NCBI GenBank assembly: GCA_003136555.1
Contig: PLEW01000233.1
Location: 6,067 to 70,066 of the forward strand
DNA: 64,000 nt
Direction of reading: 5' to 3'
DNA from: Planctomycetota bacterium
GTDB lineage: Bacteria > Planctomycetota > UBA11346
The notes under the pieces were generated by a model. It made no database searches, was not told where the DNA came from, and saw only the letters and a program-made list of their open reading frames with translations. Of the stretch, positions 1 to 8,869 are shown one piece after another (position 1 is the stretch's first letter; each line of letters starts with the position of its first letter). A program made the position numbers and the translations under genes.

Positions 1-125
1 GCATAAGCCAGTACCGCCGGGATCATGATCACCACCACGGCCAAGCCGGCGATCCCATCGCAGCGCCAGCGCTCCCAGAGGCCGGAGGCTGCCGCAGCAG
101 GCGATACGAGCGGGGATGGTTCCAT
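1..125 (-). CDS. SulP-family anion permease, N-terminal fragment (gene continues beyond window start)
   Basis: Own minus-strand translation: ATG at 125-123, then MEPSPLVSPAAAASGLWERWRCDGIAGLAVVVIMIPAVLAYA... The D-x2-AGL-x-V-x4-IP-x2-LAYA block is the conserved start of SulP/SLC26 permeases. Cut by the window edge, so absent from the ORF track. Confidence 0.5.
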   Translation of the reverse strand, partial: MEPSPLVSPAAAASGLWERWRCDGIAGLAVVVIMIPAVLAY

Positions 126-315
126 GTGGAGACTGTTCTATCAGGCGGTGGGCATTGGCCCAGTACGGCAGCAATGACGGGTGTGCCGGCAGTCCTGCGC
201 GCAGGGCGCCCTGCTGGCGTCGCCGTGGCAGAGGCGAGGCTCCGGAGTCGCACCGGTGCCCAGTGCCAGAAGGCTGTGGGCTCAGTCAATGGGTGATGCG
301 TGCCTGGCAGGGCGG

Positions 316-996
316 TTAGAAGCGGTACCCCAGCGAGATGCCGGCGATCAGGCCATGGCCCTTGGTATCGCTGTTGACCGACACTGTTTGGGTTCCGCCT
401 GCGGGAAGCGGAGCGCTCTGCGAGATGCCGGCCTTCTCGAAGAAGTTCTCGAAGCCAAGGCTGACCCCGATCTGGCAGTGCTCGTTGCAGGTATAATAGG
501 CGGCCGCCGCGATGCCGTAGTCGGCGTAGGTACCCGTCCCGCTGGCATCGTCTCCGTTGGCGAGCAGGCCGCCGACGACGGTGACGCGATCACGGCCGAT
601 GCCGGCAAAGGGCGTCAGCTCGAGATGGACAACGGGGGTGACCCGGTAGGCGATGCCGCCATTCACCCCCCACCCATAATGATTCTCCTTCAGGTCGCGT
701 CCGGTCGTGGAACCGGTTGCCGATCCCTTGCTCGAACCCGCGAAGAGCCGGCCTCCTGCCACCCATCCCCACGTCGGCGTGAGAAAGGTGACATACTGGC
801 CACCGAGGGTGAGCCCACCACCCTCCTTGGGGGCGGTATCGTCGGTTCCGCTCCCGCCCGTCGTCGTGCGCGGGCCGGGGAGGAGTTCGGCACCCAGGCG
901 GATATCCCAGACGGCTTCCTCGGCGGCCATGGCCACGCCAGCCAGACTCGCCAGCAGGGTGAGGTTCAGTAAGGTAGCGAGGGGCTGCGGGAGCAT
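316..996 (-). CDS. Small outer-membrane beta-barrel protein (OmpW/OprG-like size)
   Basis: ORF 316..1275 trimmed to the internal ATG at 996, which has a GAGGA shortly upstream. This gives signal peptide MLPQPLATLLNLTLLASLAGVAMA. Gly/Thr/Tyr-rich alternating strand pattern; C-terminus ...GISLGYRF ends in Phe, as in OM barrels. Confidence 0.6.
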   Translation of the reverse strand: MLPQPLATLLNLTLLASLAGVAMAAEEAVWDIRLGAELLPGPRTTTGGSGTDDTAPKEGGGLTLGGQYVTFLTPTWGWVAGGRLFAGSSKGSATGSTTGRDLKENHYGWGVNGGIAYRVTPVVHLELTPFAGIGRDRVTVVGGLLANGDDASGTGTYADYGIAAAAYYTCNEHCQIGVSLGFENFFEKAGISQSAPLPAGGTQTVSVNSDTKGHGLIAGISLGYRF

Positions 997-1368
997 GAGG
1001 GGGGTCCTCTGCGTCAGGGAAGGTAGGGTATGGATGGTGTCGGGATGCTGGGACGGCGGCATCCTATGGCGCTGGAGCGCACTTACAGCTGCTTTTGCCG
1101 TCAGCAGCTGGGAGCTCGGCTGATGCGCCGCGGCGACTGACCAGCAGTCGGAATACGCAGCCTCGGCGACCCGTCGGCCGGGAGGCATGGCGCAAGATCT
1201 TGCGGTCTGGACAGCGAGGAAGCGACGCTGGGGAAGGCTGGCCGTCAGCGCCGCGGGAGGTGGCGCGCGGGACACTCATCGCCCAGGACAAGCTGCCGTG
1301 TCGAGCGGCGTACGGGTGCTGCGCGCCAAGCGGCAGATCCCCTATTGACAGAATATAATAGCATCTAA

Positions 1369-1382
1369 AGATCCTAATATCT
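1369..1382. promoter_or_regulatory. Candidate operator site 1 of 7 (weakest): AGATCC-TA-ATATCT, reverse complement AGATAT-TA-GGATCT
   Basis: Lies in an AT-rich island 42 nt upstream of the porin start at 1424. The reverse complement is followed by TTTAGATG, resembling the sTTTAs flank of the other sites. Confidence 0.35.
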
Positions 1383-1423
1383 CCATTTGAGCCAGCTCAC
1401 CTCCTTTCCCGGAGAACGCCGCT

Positions 1424-2662
1424 ATGATCCATCACCGCAGCATCGTCCGCTCGACCCTCCTCCTCCTCGCCGGCCTCGGCGTCGTCGTGGCGGCGGAGGA
1501 CCAACAGCCTGCGTCTGCACCCGCCACCGATCCGACCGCCCAGCTCAAGCAGCGCCTGGATGACCTGGAAAAGCAGATCAAGGCTCTCCAGGCCCAGGTC
1601 CAGTCGACGAATCAGCAGCCGTCCGACACCGCCGCCCTCGAAGCACGGGTATGGAAGCTTGAGGCGGAAGGACAGACCGACAACGGCTATGCCTTCGGTG
1701 GGGTCGGAGATGTGACCTTGGTGGCGCAGAAGAATGTCGGCAAGACCGTCAGCGCGGACTTCAATCCGATCTTCATCTACAACTACCGCGAGTCGTTCCT
1801 CTTCATCGCCGAGCTCAATGCCGATGAGAACGGCGTCTCACTCGGGCAAGCGTGGATCGCCTTCACCTCGCTGCCGCATGCGGTCGTCGAAGCCGGCCGC
1901 TTCCCGCTGCCCTTCGGCGTCTACTCCGAACGCCTGTCACCCAGCTGGGTGAACAAGTTCTCCACCAACGCGCCGCAGCCCTACAATACGGACTACGGCA
2001 TCTTCTCCGAAGACCAGACGGCCGATGGTCTGCAGGTGCGTGGGGACATCCCGCTGCCCAACAACGCCAAGGGCAATTACCATATCTTCGCGGTTGCCGC
2101 GCCAACCTATAATAGTCAGGATTTCTCCGATAACCGCCTAGTATTCGGCAATCCGGGCACCGGCGACCACGTCCGTCCGACCCTCGGTGCACGTCTCGGC
2201 TTCCTGCCGATGCCGACCGTCGAAATCGGCGTCTCGGGCATGTTCGGCGCGATCATCAATCAGCAGACCGCCGATCCGACCATCGATGATACGGCCGAAC
2301 GCTCCTACCATGCATTCGATGTCGATGCAGAGTACCACTACCAGAGCGCAGTCATCCGTGGTGAATATGTGCGCATGGACAATCAGGACCCCACCGGAGC
2401 CTGGGTGCATTCCCAGGGCGCCTATCTCCAGGGTTCGCACCGCTTGACCTCGCTGCAGGGCTGGTTGAGCGGCTTCGAGCCGACCATACGCATCGGACGC
2501 GTTCAACGCAGCGTCGTCGATAACGGCTATCAAGATGTCAATGAGCTCGATATCGGGGTGAACTACTATTTCACCAGCTACATCCGCACCTCTTTGATGG
2601 GATTCGACCACAGCGTCCATTCCCTGGACCAGGTCGTCCTCAACACCACATTCTCCTACTAG
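1424..2662 (+). CDS. Porin-like outer-membrane protein with N-terminal coiled coil (OprO/P-like architecture)
   Basis: Signal peptide MIHHRSIVRSTLLLLAGLGVVVAAED. Coiled-coil segment LKQRLDDLEKQIKALQAQVQ. Long beta-rich body ending ...LNTTFSY (aromatic C-terminus). GGAG upstream of the ATG. Confidence 0.65.
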   Translation: MIHHRSIVRSTLLLLAGLGVVVAAEDQQPASAPATDPTAQLKQRLDDLEKQIKALQAQVQSTNQQPSDTAALEARVWKLEAEGQTDNGYAFGGVGDVTLVAQKNVGKTVSADFNPIFIYNYRESFLFIAELNADENGVSLGQAWIAFTSLPHAVVEAGRFPLPFGVYSERLSPSWVNKFSTNAPQPYNTDYGIFSEDQTADGLQVRGDIPLPNNAKGNYHIFAVAAPTYNSQDFSDNRLVFGNPGTGDHVRPTLGARLGFLPMPTVEIGVSGMFGAIINQQTADPTIDDTAERSYHAFDVDAEYHYQSAVIRGEYVRMDNQDPTGAWVHSQGAYLQGSHRLTSLQGWLSGFEPTIRIGRVQRSVVDNGYQDVNELDIGVNYYFTSYIRTSLMGFDHSVHSLDQVVLNTTFSY

Positions 2663-2675
2663 GAAGGAACCGGAC

Positions 2676-2981
2676 ATGACGTTTTTCCCCATGACCACGC
2701 TGTCCCTGTCCCTGGCGCTTGTCGCCTGCGGATCGTTGCAGGCCGAGGATTCCATGCAGAGTGCTGCGATGGGCGCAAAGGTCTTCGCTGAGAATTGCAA
2801 CCGGTGCCATGAGGCCCCGGACCCGGCGTCGCGCGACGGTCGTACCTGGACCGGCATCTCCCTGCATATGCGCGTCTTCGCCGATCTCTCGCAGGAAGAC
2901 CAGCACCGCGTGCTCGCCTTCCTGCGCACCTTCGATACGGCGGCCATCCCCAAGAAGCCGGGTGTCCCCGCCGCACGCTGA
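2676..2981 (+). CDS. Monoheme c-type cytochrome, lipoprotein
   Basis: Lipobox LSLALVAC. Single heme motif CNRCH. AGGAAGGA ribosome-binding site. Starts 14 nt after the porin gene, so probably the same operon. Confidence 0.8.
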   Translation: MTFFPMTTLSLSLALVACGSLQAEDSMQSAAMGAKVFAENCNRCHEAPDPASRDGRTWTGISLHMRVFADLSQEDQHRVLAFLRTFDTAAIPKKPGVPAAR

Positions 2982-3128
2982 GCGAAGGCCTGGTTGCCGG
3001 GTGGTCCGCGCACTACCCGTCCTCTCCGCCCTTCCACGTCAACACCTCTAGCGGGTCGTCGAGCGGTCCTGGGAGGGGTCAGGGCAGGGACTGGTGGTCG
3101 ACGGGCGGATTTCCGCGACCGGCACACT

Positions 3129-3142
3129 GGATAAGAACATCT
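3129..3142. promoter_or_regulatory. Candidate operator site 2 of 7: GGATAA-GA-ACATCT
   Basis: AT-rich island (ggataagaacatctgtttattttattg) 47 nt upstream of ATG 3189. Nearly identical to site 7 (GGATAAGATCATCTGTTTAG). Confidence 0.5.
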
Positions 3143-3188
3143 GTTTATTTTATTGTCATGTGACAGTCACGCGCTAGCATCCTTTTAC

Positions 3189-3992
3189 ATGTCCGATTCG
3201 GCCCCCACGACACGACGTCATTCGCGCGTACCGGCACTCGATCCGGAACGCGCCTTGTCCCGTCTCAGCGCCGTGCAGTTGCGCGAGCGCGAGCTGCGCC
3301 GTCCGGGCTTCCATTTCGCCTCAGCAGACGCGCCGGAAGACTTCATCTCTGCCTATCCAGAACTTGCGCAGATCTGCGCGGAGTGGGAATTGTGCACCGG
3401 GCAAGCGATCGGTGAAAGAGGTCCAGCCGCCACGCAGATCCTGCTCGAACTCGCCCGCAGGGCACAGCCGCCCTATCATGGGTTCGATTGCGGCGAAGTG
3501 AATATCTCCCGCTTGATCGATGAACTGGTGGACCAGCACCACCCCGCCTTGCGCTGGGAATTGGCGCGGCTGGACTTGCTCGTCGCCCGGCAGTCCGAGC
3601 TGCGCAACCGCGCCGATGTGCGCACCCTGCATTGCGGCTGGGAGGTGTTCCGCGATCGCTTCCTGGATCATCTGCATGAGGAGGAGGTCCATTGCTTCCC
3701 GCTCTGCCGCTTCCTCGACCAGGCGCGCTCGGAGCTGCTGCCGTCACGAGCGCAATGCGCTAGCCAACTGGCCATCATGGGCAACAGCCATGCCCAGTCC
3801 CAGTCGGAACTCGACGAGATGCTCGTGCTGGCGCGTCGTGCGGACATCGCGGTCATCGAACCTGATCTAGGCGTGGTCGTCCATGGCCTGGTCGCCATGC
3901 GCCAGGCACTCGTGCTGCATACCGAGCTGGAGAACGGCTCGCTGCTCAAGCGCTGCGCCCTGCTGGCGATCCAGCGGACGTCGGCCGCGTAA
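3189..3992 (+). CDS. RIC/ScdA-type di-iron (hemerythrin-like) protein, paralogue 1
   Basis: The track ORF starts at TTG 3153; ATG 3189 (MSDSAPTT...) is more likely. Hemerythrin-like motifs VDQHHPALRWEL, LDHLHEEEVHCFPL and LHTELENGSLL match RIC H-x3-E / HxxxEN..LFP blocks. N-terminal FISAYPELAQICAEWEL resembles the ScdA_N region. Confidence 0.7.
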   Translation: MSDSAPTTRRHSRVPALDPERALSRLSAVQLRERELRRPGFHFASADAPEDFISAYPELAQICAEWELCTGQAIGERGPAATQILLELARRAQPPYHGFDCGEVNISRLIDELVDQHHPALRWELARLDLLVARQSELRNRADVRTLHCGWEVFRDRFLDHLHEEEVHCFPLCRFLDQARSELLPSRAQCASQLAIMGNSHAQSQSELDEMLVLARRADIAVIEPDLGVVVHGLVAMRQALVLHTELENGSLLKRCALLAIQRTSAA

Positions 3993-4178
3993 TCAGCGGT
4001 CCTGCGCGGGTTCGCGCCATCCGGGGATGCAGGGCGATAGGCACAGCCCATATGGAACGGCCGTGGGGTCCGTACGTTGGGACCGCCGACCGCCGATTTC
4101 CGCTCTGATATGACGATCAGGCAGGACTTGCCTGCGGCGCAGCATCGGCAAGGCACATCGGCACACGAGCAAATATCA

Positions 4179-4192
4179 GGATAAATATATCT
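4179..4192. promoter_or_regulatory. Candidate operator site 3 of 7: GGATAA-AT-ATATCT
   Basis: AT-rich island (caggataaatatatctctttacatgaatagatat) 60 nt upstream of ATG 4252. Followed by CTTTACAT, as at site 6. Confidence 0.5.
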
Positions 4193-4251
4193 CTTTACAT
4201 GAATAGATATGGTGCGACAGTGCCCGTGGACACCGACCGTAGGAGCCGCTC

Positions 4252-5121
4252 ATGGATGCATCAGCCATCACCGTGCCCTTTCTCGGCCACTCCTGGAAGC
4301 GGGTGTACTGGGTAGATGAGCCGGAAAGCGCGCAGCACCTGCCGCCGGTTCCTATGCCGGCATCGCCGGCTCCCGCGGGCGCTCCACCGCTTTTCAGCGG
4401 CGCCAGCCGCCGTGCGGACCTGGTCGCCGCCTATCCCGATCTCGATGCGCTGTGCGATCGCTTGTCCTTCGGCTGGGACATGACGTTGGAGAGCTTGTGC
4501 AGCCAGAGCGACTGGGCGCTCCTTGAACTGGCCCGTGCTGCCAAGCCGCCTCGGCAGGCACGTCAAGCCGATTGGTCGATGGCGACCATGAGCGAGCTGG
4601 TCGGGGACATCCTTATCACCCACCATCTGCCATTGCGCAGTGAACTGCGACGCATCGACATCCTTATCCATCAGTTCTGCCGCCGCCACCCCGAACTGGC
4701 ACATTTCGATCTCCATGGGGTCTATGCGCGTCTGGCCGATGGCCTGAATGCCCATCTCGACCATGAGGAGGGGGTGGTCTTCCCCCTGGGCCTCGCCATC
4801 GAGCGCGCCAGCCGTCACCCTGGCCAGGACGTGCCCGCGAGCAGCGCGGTCACCGGCGCCATCCGCTACATGGCGCTCGGCCACCAGGACGCTGCGCAGG
4901 CGATACGACGCCTGCTGGTGGTCCTACGCCAGGTGCAGATGAACACCTTCGATACCGATCTCGGACTGATCAGCGATGCCTTGGCCGCCATGCTGGCCGA
5001 TCTCACCCAGCATGAGGACAAGGAGGATGGCATCCTGATGCCGGCCGTCATCTTCGCAGATGAATTGCTGCGCTCCCGCGCAGCGGCACCCGCCAGCACC
5101 AGTCACGGATCAGCAGGCTGA
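4252..5121 (+). CDS. RIC/ScdA-type di-iron (hemerythrin-like) protein, paralogue 2
   Basis: AGGAG ribosome-binding site. Motifs LVAAYPDLDALCDRL, ITHHLPLRSEL, LNAHLDHEEGVVFPL and LTQHEDKEDGILMP parallel paralogues 1 and 3. Confidence 0.7.
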   Translation: MDASAITVPFLGHSWKRVYWVDEPESAQHLPPVPMPASPAPAGAPPLFSGASRRADLVAAYPDLDALCDRLSFGWDMTLESLCSQSDWALLELARAAKPPRQARQADWSMATMSELVGDILITHHLPLRSELRRIDILIHQFCRRHPELAHFDLHGVYARLADGLNAHLDHEEGVVFPLGLAIERASRHPGQDVPASSAVTGAIRYMALGHQDAAQAIRRLLVVLRQVQMNTFDTDLGLISDALAAMLADLTQHEDKEDGILMPAVIFADELLRSRAAAPASTSHGSAG

Positions 5122-5260
5122 GCACGCCCCATGGTCACACCTCCCCGATCCGCAGCGACAGGCCTGCACACCGGCGAGCCGGCGAGCGTCCGGACCATCC
5201 CATCATCCAGCATAACCGAGCGGGTCGATCCCGCAGACATCAGCTGAGCAGGAGACCGCC

Positions 5261-6490
5261 ATGTACCGCAAACCCATTCCAACATCGGCCCACGATCGTC
5301 AGCAGCGCGAGCACGCACCCCATGTGCACGCCGAACCAGCCGCGGTGCCTGCGGCCGCACTGGACTATCAGCAGATCCAGGCGCTCGCAGCCCGCCCGGC
5401 GACGCCGACCATCTCCTTATATTTGCCGACGCACCGGGCCGGCAGCGACAAGAAGCAAGACCATACCCTGCTCAAGAACCTCATCCAGGAGGCGCGCCGT
5501 CAGGCGGATGGGACGATGAGCGCGCCAGGCGCAGATGCCCTGATCGCACCATTGAACCGCTTGGTCAACGAGCCCGGCTTCTGGGCGCATCCGCTCGATA
5601 GCCTTGCGGTGTTCAGCAGCGCCACCGGCATGACCCATGCCTGGCTGCCAGCGCCGGTGCCTGCGCTGGCTAGCTTCAGCGAGCACTGCCACCTCAAGCC
5701 GATCATTCCCCTGATCCAAAACGACGGCCGCTTCTATGTCCTCTCGCTGACGCAGCATGGTGTCCACCTCTATCGCGGCACCCGCCATGCCCTGACCATG
5801 ATCGAGCTGCCCAATACCCCGGCATCGATCGAGGAGGCGCTCGGCGAGCCGGTCCAGGAGCGCCACACCGAAGTACGCACCGTACAGGGCGGTGGACAGG
5901 GGTCGACTCGGTATTTCGGCACGGTGGGCGATGAGCAGGCCAAGGGCCGCATCCGGCACTATTTCCGGATCATCGACGGGACGGTTAGCCGCCTGCTGCA
6001 TGCCGAGCACGCCCCGCTGGTCATCGCCGGGGTCGAATTCCTCCTGCCGCTCTACCGCAGCGTCAACAGCTATCCGCACCTTGATCCTGCTGGGATCGGC
6101 GAGCACACCGACCCCCAGGCGCTCGGTGCCCTGCATCAGCGAGCCTGGTCGATCGTCGCCCCGCATTATACGGTGCCGGCGCTGAAGGCTGGTGAGCGGA
6201 TCGCCCAGCTCCTGGGCACCCCGCGCGCCTCGACCGACCTCGCGACCATCCTGCCAGCGCTGATCCAGGGACGGGTCGAGGACCTCTTCGTCGCCAGCGA
6301 TGCCGATCGCTGGGGCACCTATGATGCCAGAAACGACGTCGTGCGTGAGCACCATCCGCGCTGGGCGACCGATGATGATCTTCTCAATCTCGCGCTGATC
6401 CACGCCCTTGCGACGCGGGCTCTGGTCCAAGTCGTGCCCCGCGGCGACATTCCTGGTGGCCACGACATCGCTGCGGTATTCCGCTTCTGA
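5261..6490 (+). CDS. eRF1-like protein (bacterial archaeo-eukaryotic release factor, baeRF-type)
   Basis: AGGAG ribosome-binding site. TISLYLPTHR near the N-terminus, a central FYVLSLTQHGVHLY block, and a C-terminal ...GGHDIAAVFRF tail. These match my recollection of baeRF-family proteins. No search was run. Confidence 0.55.
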   Translation: MYRKPIPTSAHDRQQREHAPHVHAEPAAVPAAALDYQQIQALAARPATPTISLYLPTHRAGSDKKQDHTLLKNLIQEARRQADGTMSAPGADALIAPLNRLVNEPGFWAHPLDSLAVFSSATGMTHAWLPAPVPALASFSEHCHLKPIIPLIQNDGRFYVLSLTQHGVHLYRGTRHALTMIELPNTPASIEEALGEPVQERHTEVRTVQGGGQGSTRYFGTVGDEQAKGRIRHYFRIIDGTVSRLLHAEHAPLVIAGVEFLLPLYRSVNSYPHLDPAGIGEHTDPQALGALHQRAWSIVAPHYTVPALKAGERIAQLLGTPRASTDLATILPALIQGRVEDLFVASDADRWGTYDARNDVVREHHPRWATDDDLLNLALIHALATRALVQVVPRGDIPGGHDIAAVFRF

Positions 6491-6534
6491 CCAGGAACCA
6501 GTCCACCATCATACGCTCGTGAGAGGATGAAGCC

Positions 6535-7584
6535 ATGCACTGCGACCATCTCCATTCCATGATTCCGCTTGAACGCTATCGCGACATCATCGCCGCCATC
6601 GGCGCGAAACGCGAGTCCTGGGCCGACAGCTTCTGGATGCGTTTCGCCGCCCAGGCGGCGGTTCTCTGCCCCGATCCGCCAGAGCAGCTGGCCAAGCGCA
6701 TCCACCACATCGCCTCAGCGCTGCAGCAGCGGACAGCGTGGTATCGCACCCTCGCCTCTCCGGTGCGCTTCGTGGTCGCGGCGATGCTCATCCAGCATCA
6801 CATCCCGGTCGCCGACTTCCTCGGCGAATGCGATCGCGCCTCCGAGGTCTTCAAGGAGGTCGGATTGCACCATCATGGCTTCTACGAAACCATGGCCGTG
6901 CTCATCCTGCGCCTCTCCGCCAAGCATCCAGCCCCGAGCCTGATCCAAGCCGATCGCATCAAGTCGCTCTACGACCATATGAAGGGCTTCCACTGGTGGC
7001 TGACCGGGCCGAGCGACCTGCCTGCATGCGCCGCGCTCGCCTCGTGCCCCGGTCCGGCAGAGGTGGTGGTCGCCCATGTCGAGGATGCCTATCAGCAGCT
7101 CAAGGCCAGCGGACTGGCCAGGAACCATCATCTGCAGACCGCCGCGAATCTCCTGCCGGTCCTCGGCGTGCCGATCGACGAGGGGGTGTCCCGCTACCGG
7201 GCGCTCAAGATGGCCTTCGAAGTGCGCAACGGTGTCCTGGATGTGGAATCCTATGATGCGCTGGTGGTGCTGGCCCTCATCCACCAGACCACCGATATCA
7301 TCATCAACCGCTTGTGCTCGGTGCGCGAGGAGCTCGATCTCTTCCAGCCGGAGCAGTGCGGACCTGCCAATTTCCTGATTGCAGCCGACCTGACCGTGCT
7401 GGATCTGGTGCGTTTCGGTCCGGATCAGGAGCAGATCCGCCAGCCACAGGACGTCGAGAGCATGATGGCCACCATCCATGCCTTCCACATCGCCTCGGCG
7501 GTCCTGGTCAGCCAAGTGCAGCCGGAGATGATCCAGCCGCTCGGCGGCCTGGACGCCATGGGGTGGCCCTATCCCTATGCGTGA
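6535..7584 (+). CDS. Hypothetical all-alpha protein (possibly DUF4003-like)
   Basis: GAGAGGA ribosome-binding site, 45 nt after the baeRF stop, same strand. Long helical, His-rich sequence with no motif I recognise confidently. The antisense ORF 6715..7830 is judged a shadow. Confidence 0.55.
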   Translation: MHCDHLHSMIPLERYRDIIAAIGAKRESWADSFWMRFAAQAAVLCPDPPEQLAKRIHHIASALQQRTAWYRTLASPVRFVVAAMLIQHHIPVADFLGECDRASEVFKEVGLHHHGFYETMAVLILRLSAKHPAPSLIQADRIKSLYDHMKGFHWWLTGPSDLPACAALASCPGPAEVVVAHVEDAYQQLKASGLARNHHLQTAANLLPVLGVPIDEGVSRYRALKMAFEVRNGVLDVESYDALVVLALIHQTTDIIINRLCSVREELDLFQPEQCGPANFLIAADLTVLDLVRFGPDQEQIRQPQDVESMMATIHAFHIASAVLVSQVQPEMIQPLGGLDAMGWPYPYA

Positions 7585-7654
7585 GGGGGGCAGGACAGCG
7601 ATGAGAACCCCTGGGGTGCCCACACCTGGCGCGCGCGGACCGGCCGGCGCACGG

Positions 7655-7945
7655 TCAGAGATTCTGGAGCAGCACCCCTTCGGGGATGTCGGCGGAGAGT
7701 TTGATGACCTGGACCGGGCAGCCGTCGGCGATGAAGCGCATGAACACCACGCCCTCGGCGTCGAGCACGCCCGGGCGCAGCAGGCTGCGTTCGTCGCGGT
7801 TCTCGCTCTGGGTGATGTCACGACGGGCATCCGAACGGATCACGCACCCGTGCTGGCTGACGAAGAAGATCGCCGGTTCGAGATTCTGGCACCAGCCGCA
7901 CTGGATGCAGCCCTCATCGATCCAAATGACAGTCTTATCCGGCAT
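7655..7945 (-). CDS. Single-cluster ferredoxin
   Basis: CIQCGWCQ (CxxCxxC) plus the distal DGCPV motif. 96 aa. Divergent from rrf2 at 8132. Confidence 0.8.
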   Translation of the reverse strand: MPDKTVIWIDEGCIQCGWCQNLEPAIFFVSQHGCVIRSDARRDITQSENRDERSLLRPGVLDAEGVVFMRFIADGCPVQVIKLSADIPEGVLLQNL

Positions 7946-8067
7946 GACAAACCCTTCGACGGAAAGGAGTTAAGTCTAAATGGAGAAACCGCCCTCTGCA
8001 ATCGGAAACTCTGCATTAGGCCGAAGTACCTGCCCCAGCGGGGCTTGATTGTAATATATAAATAAGC

Positions 8068-8081
8068 GGATATATATGTCT
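8068..8081. promoter_or_regulatory. Candidate operator site 4 of 7: GGATAT-AT-ATGTCT
   Basis: In the AT-rich core of the ferredoxin/rrf2 divergent intergenic region, 51 nt upstream of rrf2 ATG 8132. Confidence 0.5.
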
Positions 8082-8131
8082 CATAGCATCCTGCATGTGT
8101 GGTGCGTTTCCCTTCCCCGTGAAAGTCCGTC

Positions 8132-8569
8132 ATGATATCTCAGACGACCGAATATGCCCTGCGAGCGATCGTGTTCCTTGCGGATACGCCGAGCGTCGCC
8201 CATACCGCCGAGTCCATCGCCAATGGCACCAAGGTCCCGGTGGGGTACCTGGCCAAGATCATGCAGGGCCTGGCCAAGGCCGGATTGGTGACCTCGCAGC
8301 GGGGGCTGTATGGCGGCTTCACCCTCGTCGGCCCACCCAAGGACCTCACTGTCTATGCCGTCGTGCAGGCGATCGACCCCATCCGTCGCATCACCGAGTG
8401 CCCGCTCGGTCTCGAGGGGCATGGACCGAACCTCTGCCCGCTGCACCGCGGACTCGACAATGCCATGCTGGCGGTCGAGACCGCATTCAAGAAGCTGACC
8501 ATCCAGCATTTGCTCACCCAGCCCCAATCCACCCGACCCCTGTGTGCGTTCCCTCGGCACGAGGAATAA
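8132..8569 (+). CDS. Rrf2-family transcriptional regulator with candidate Fe-S ligands (NsrR/IscR/RsrR-like)
   Basis: N-terminal wHTH: TEYALRAIVFL...VPVGYLAKIMQGLAKAGLVTSQRGLYGGFTL. Candidate ligands C90, H97, C102 and H105 (ITECPLGLEGHGPNLCPLH), plus C138. Confidence 0.9.
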   Translation: MISQTTEYALRAIVFLADTPSVAHTAESIANGTKVPVGYLAKIMQGLAKAGLVTSQRGLYGGFTLVGPPKDLTVYAVVQAIDPIRRITECPLGLEGHGPNLCPLHRGLDNAMLAVETAFKKLTIQHLLTQPQSTRPLCAFPRHEE

Positions 8570-8773
8570 GGCTGGCCCGCTCATTGCACCAGGGAGTAAC
8601 GGGTCGCGTGCGTGAGCCTACGAGCACATGACGGGCGAGGCGCTGAAACCGGTAAGTCAGGCCGCCTGTGGCAATGGTCAGTCGCCGGGGATTCCGCTGG
8701 TCCGTAGCGACAGCGAAGCAGGCATTGCAAGCCAAGACCCTGGTATCACACACCTGCCGACAAGATAATAACA

Positions 8774-8787
8774 GGATATTGATATCC
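8774..8787. promoter_or_regulatory. Candidate operator site 5 of 7: perfect palindrome GGATAT-TG-ATATCC
   Basis: In an AT-rich island (aacaggatattgatatccaattagactaataatag). 27 nt upstream of a strong-SD short uORF at 8814 and 83 nt upstream of GNAT ATG 8870. Confidence 0.55.
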
Positions 8788-8869
8788 AATTAGACTAATA
8801 ATAGAAGGAGGCTATGGGGTGGCGACAGCCTAACCACCGGTCCGTACCCCTTCCATTCGACCTCATGAC

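Noticed and set aside
8045-8052. TTGATTGT shared at 8045-8052 and 16374-16381, considered as an FNR/FixK anaerobox (TTGAT-N4-ATCAA) in front of rrf2/ferredoxin and the cbb3 operon.
   Set aside because: Only the left half-site matches. The right halves (ATATA, TAAAG) fit poorly, and spacing to any -10-like hexamer is inconsistent. It remains possibly relevant but is unsupported.
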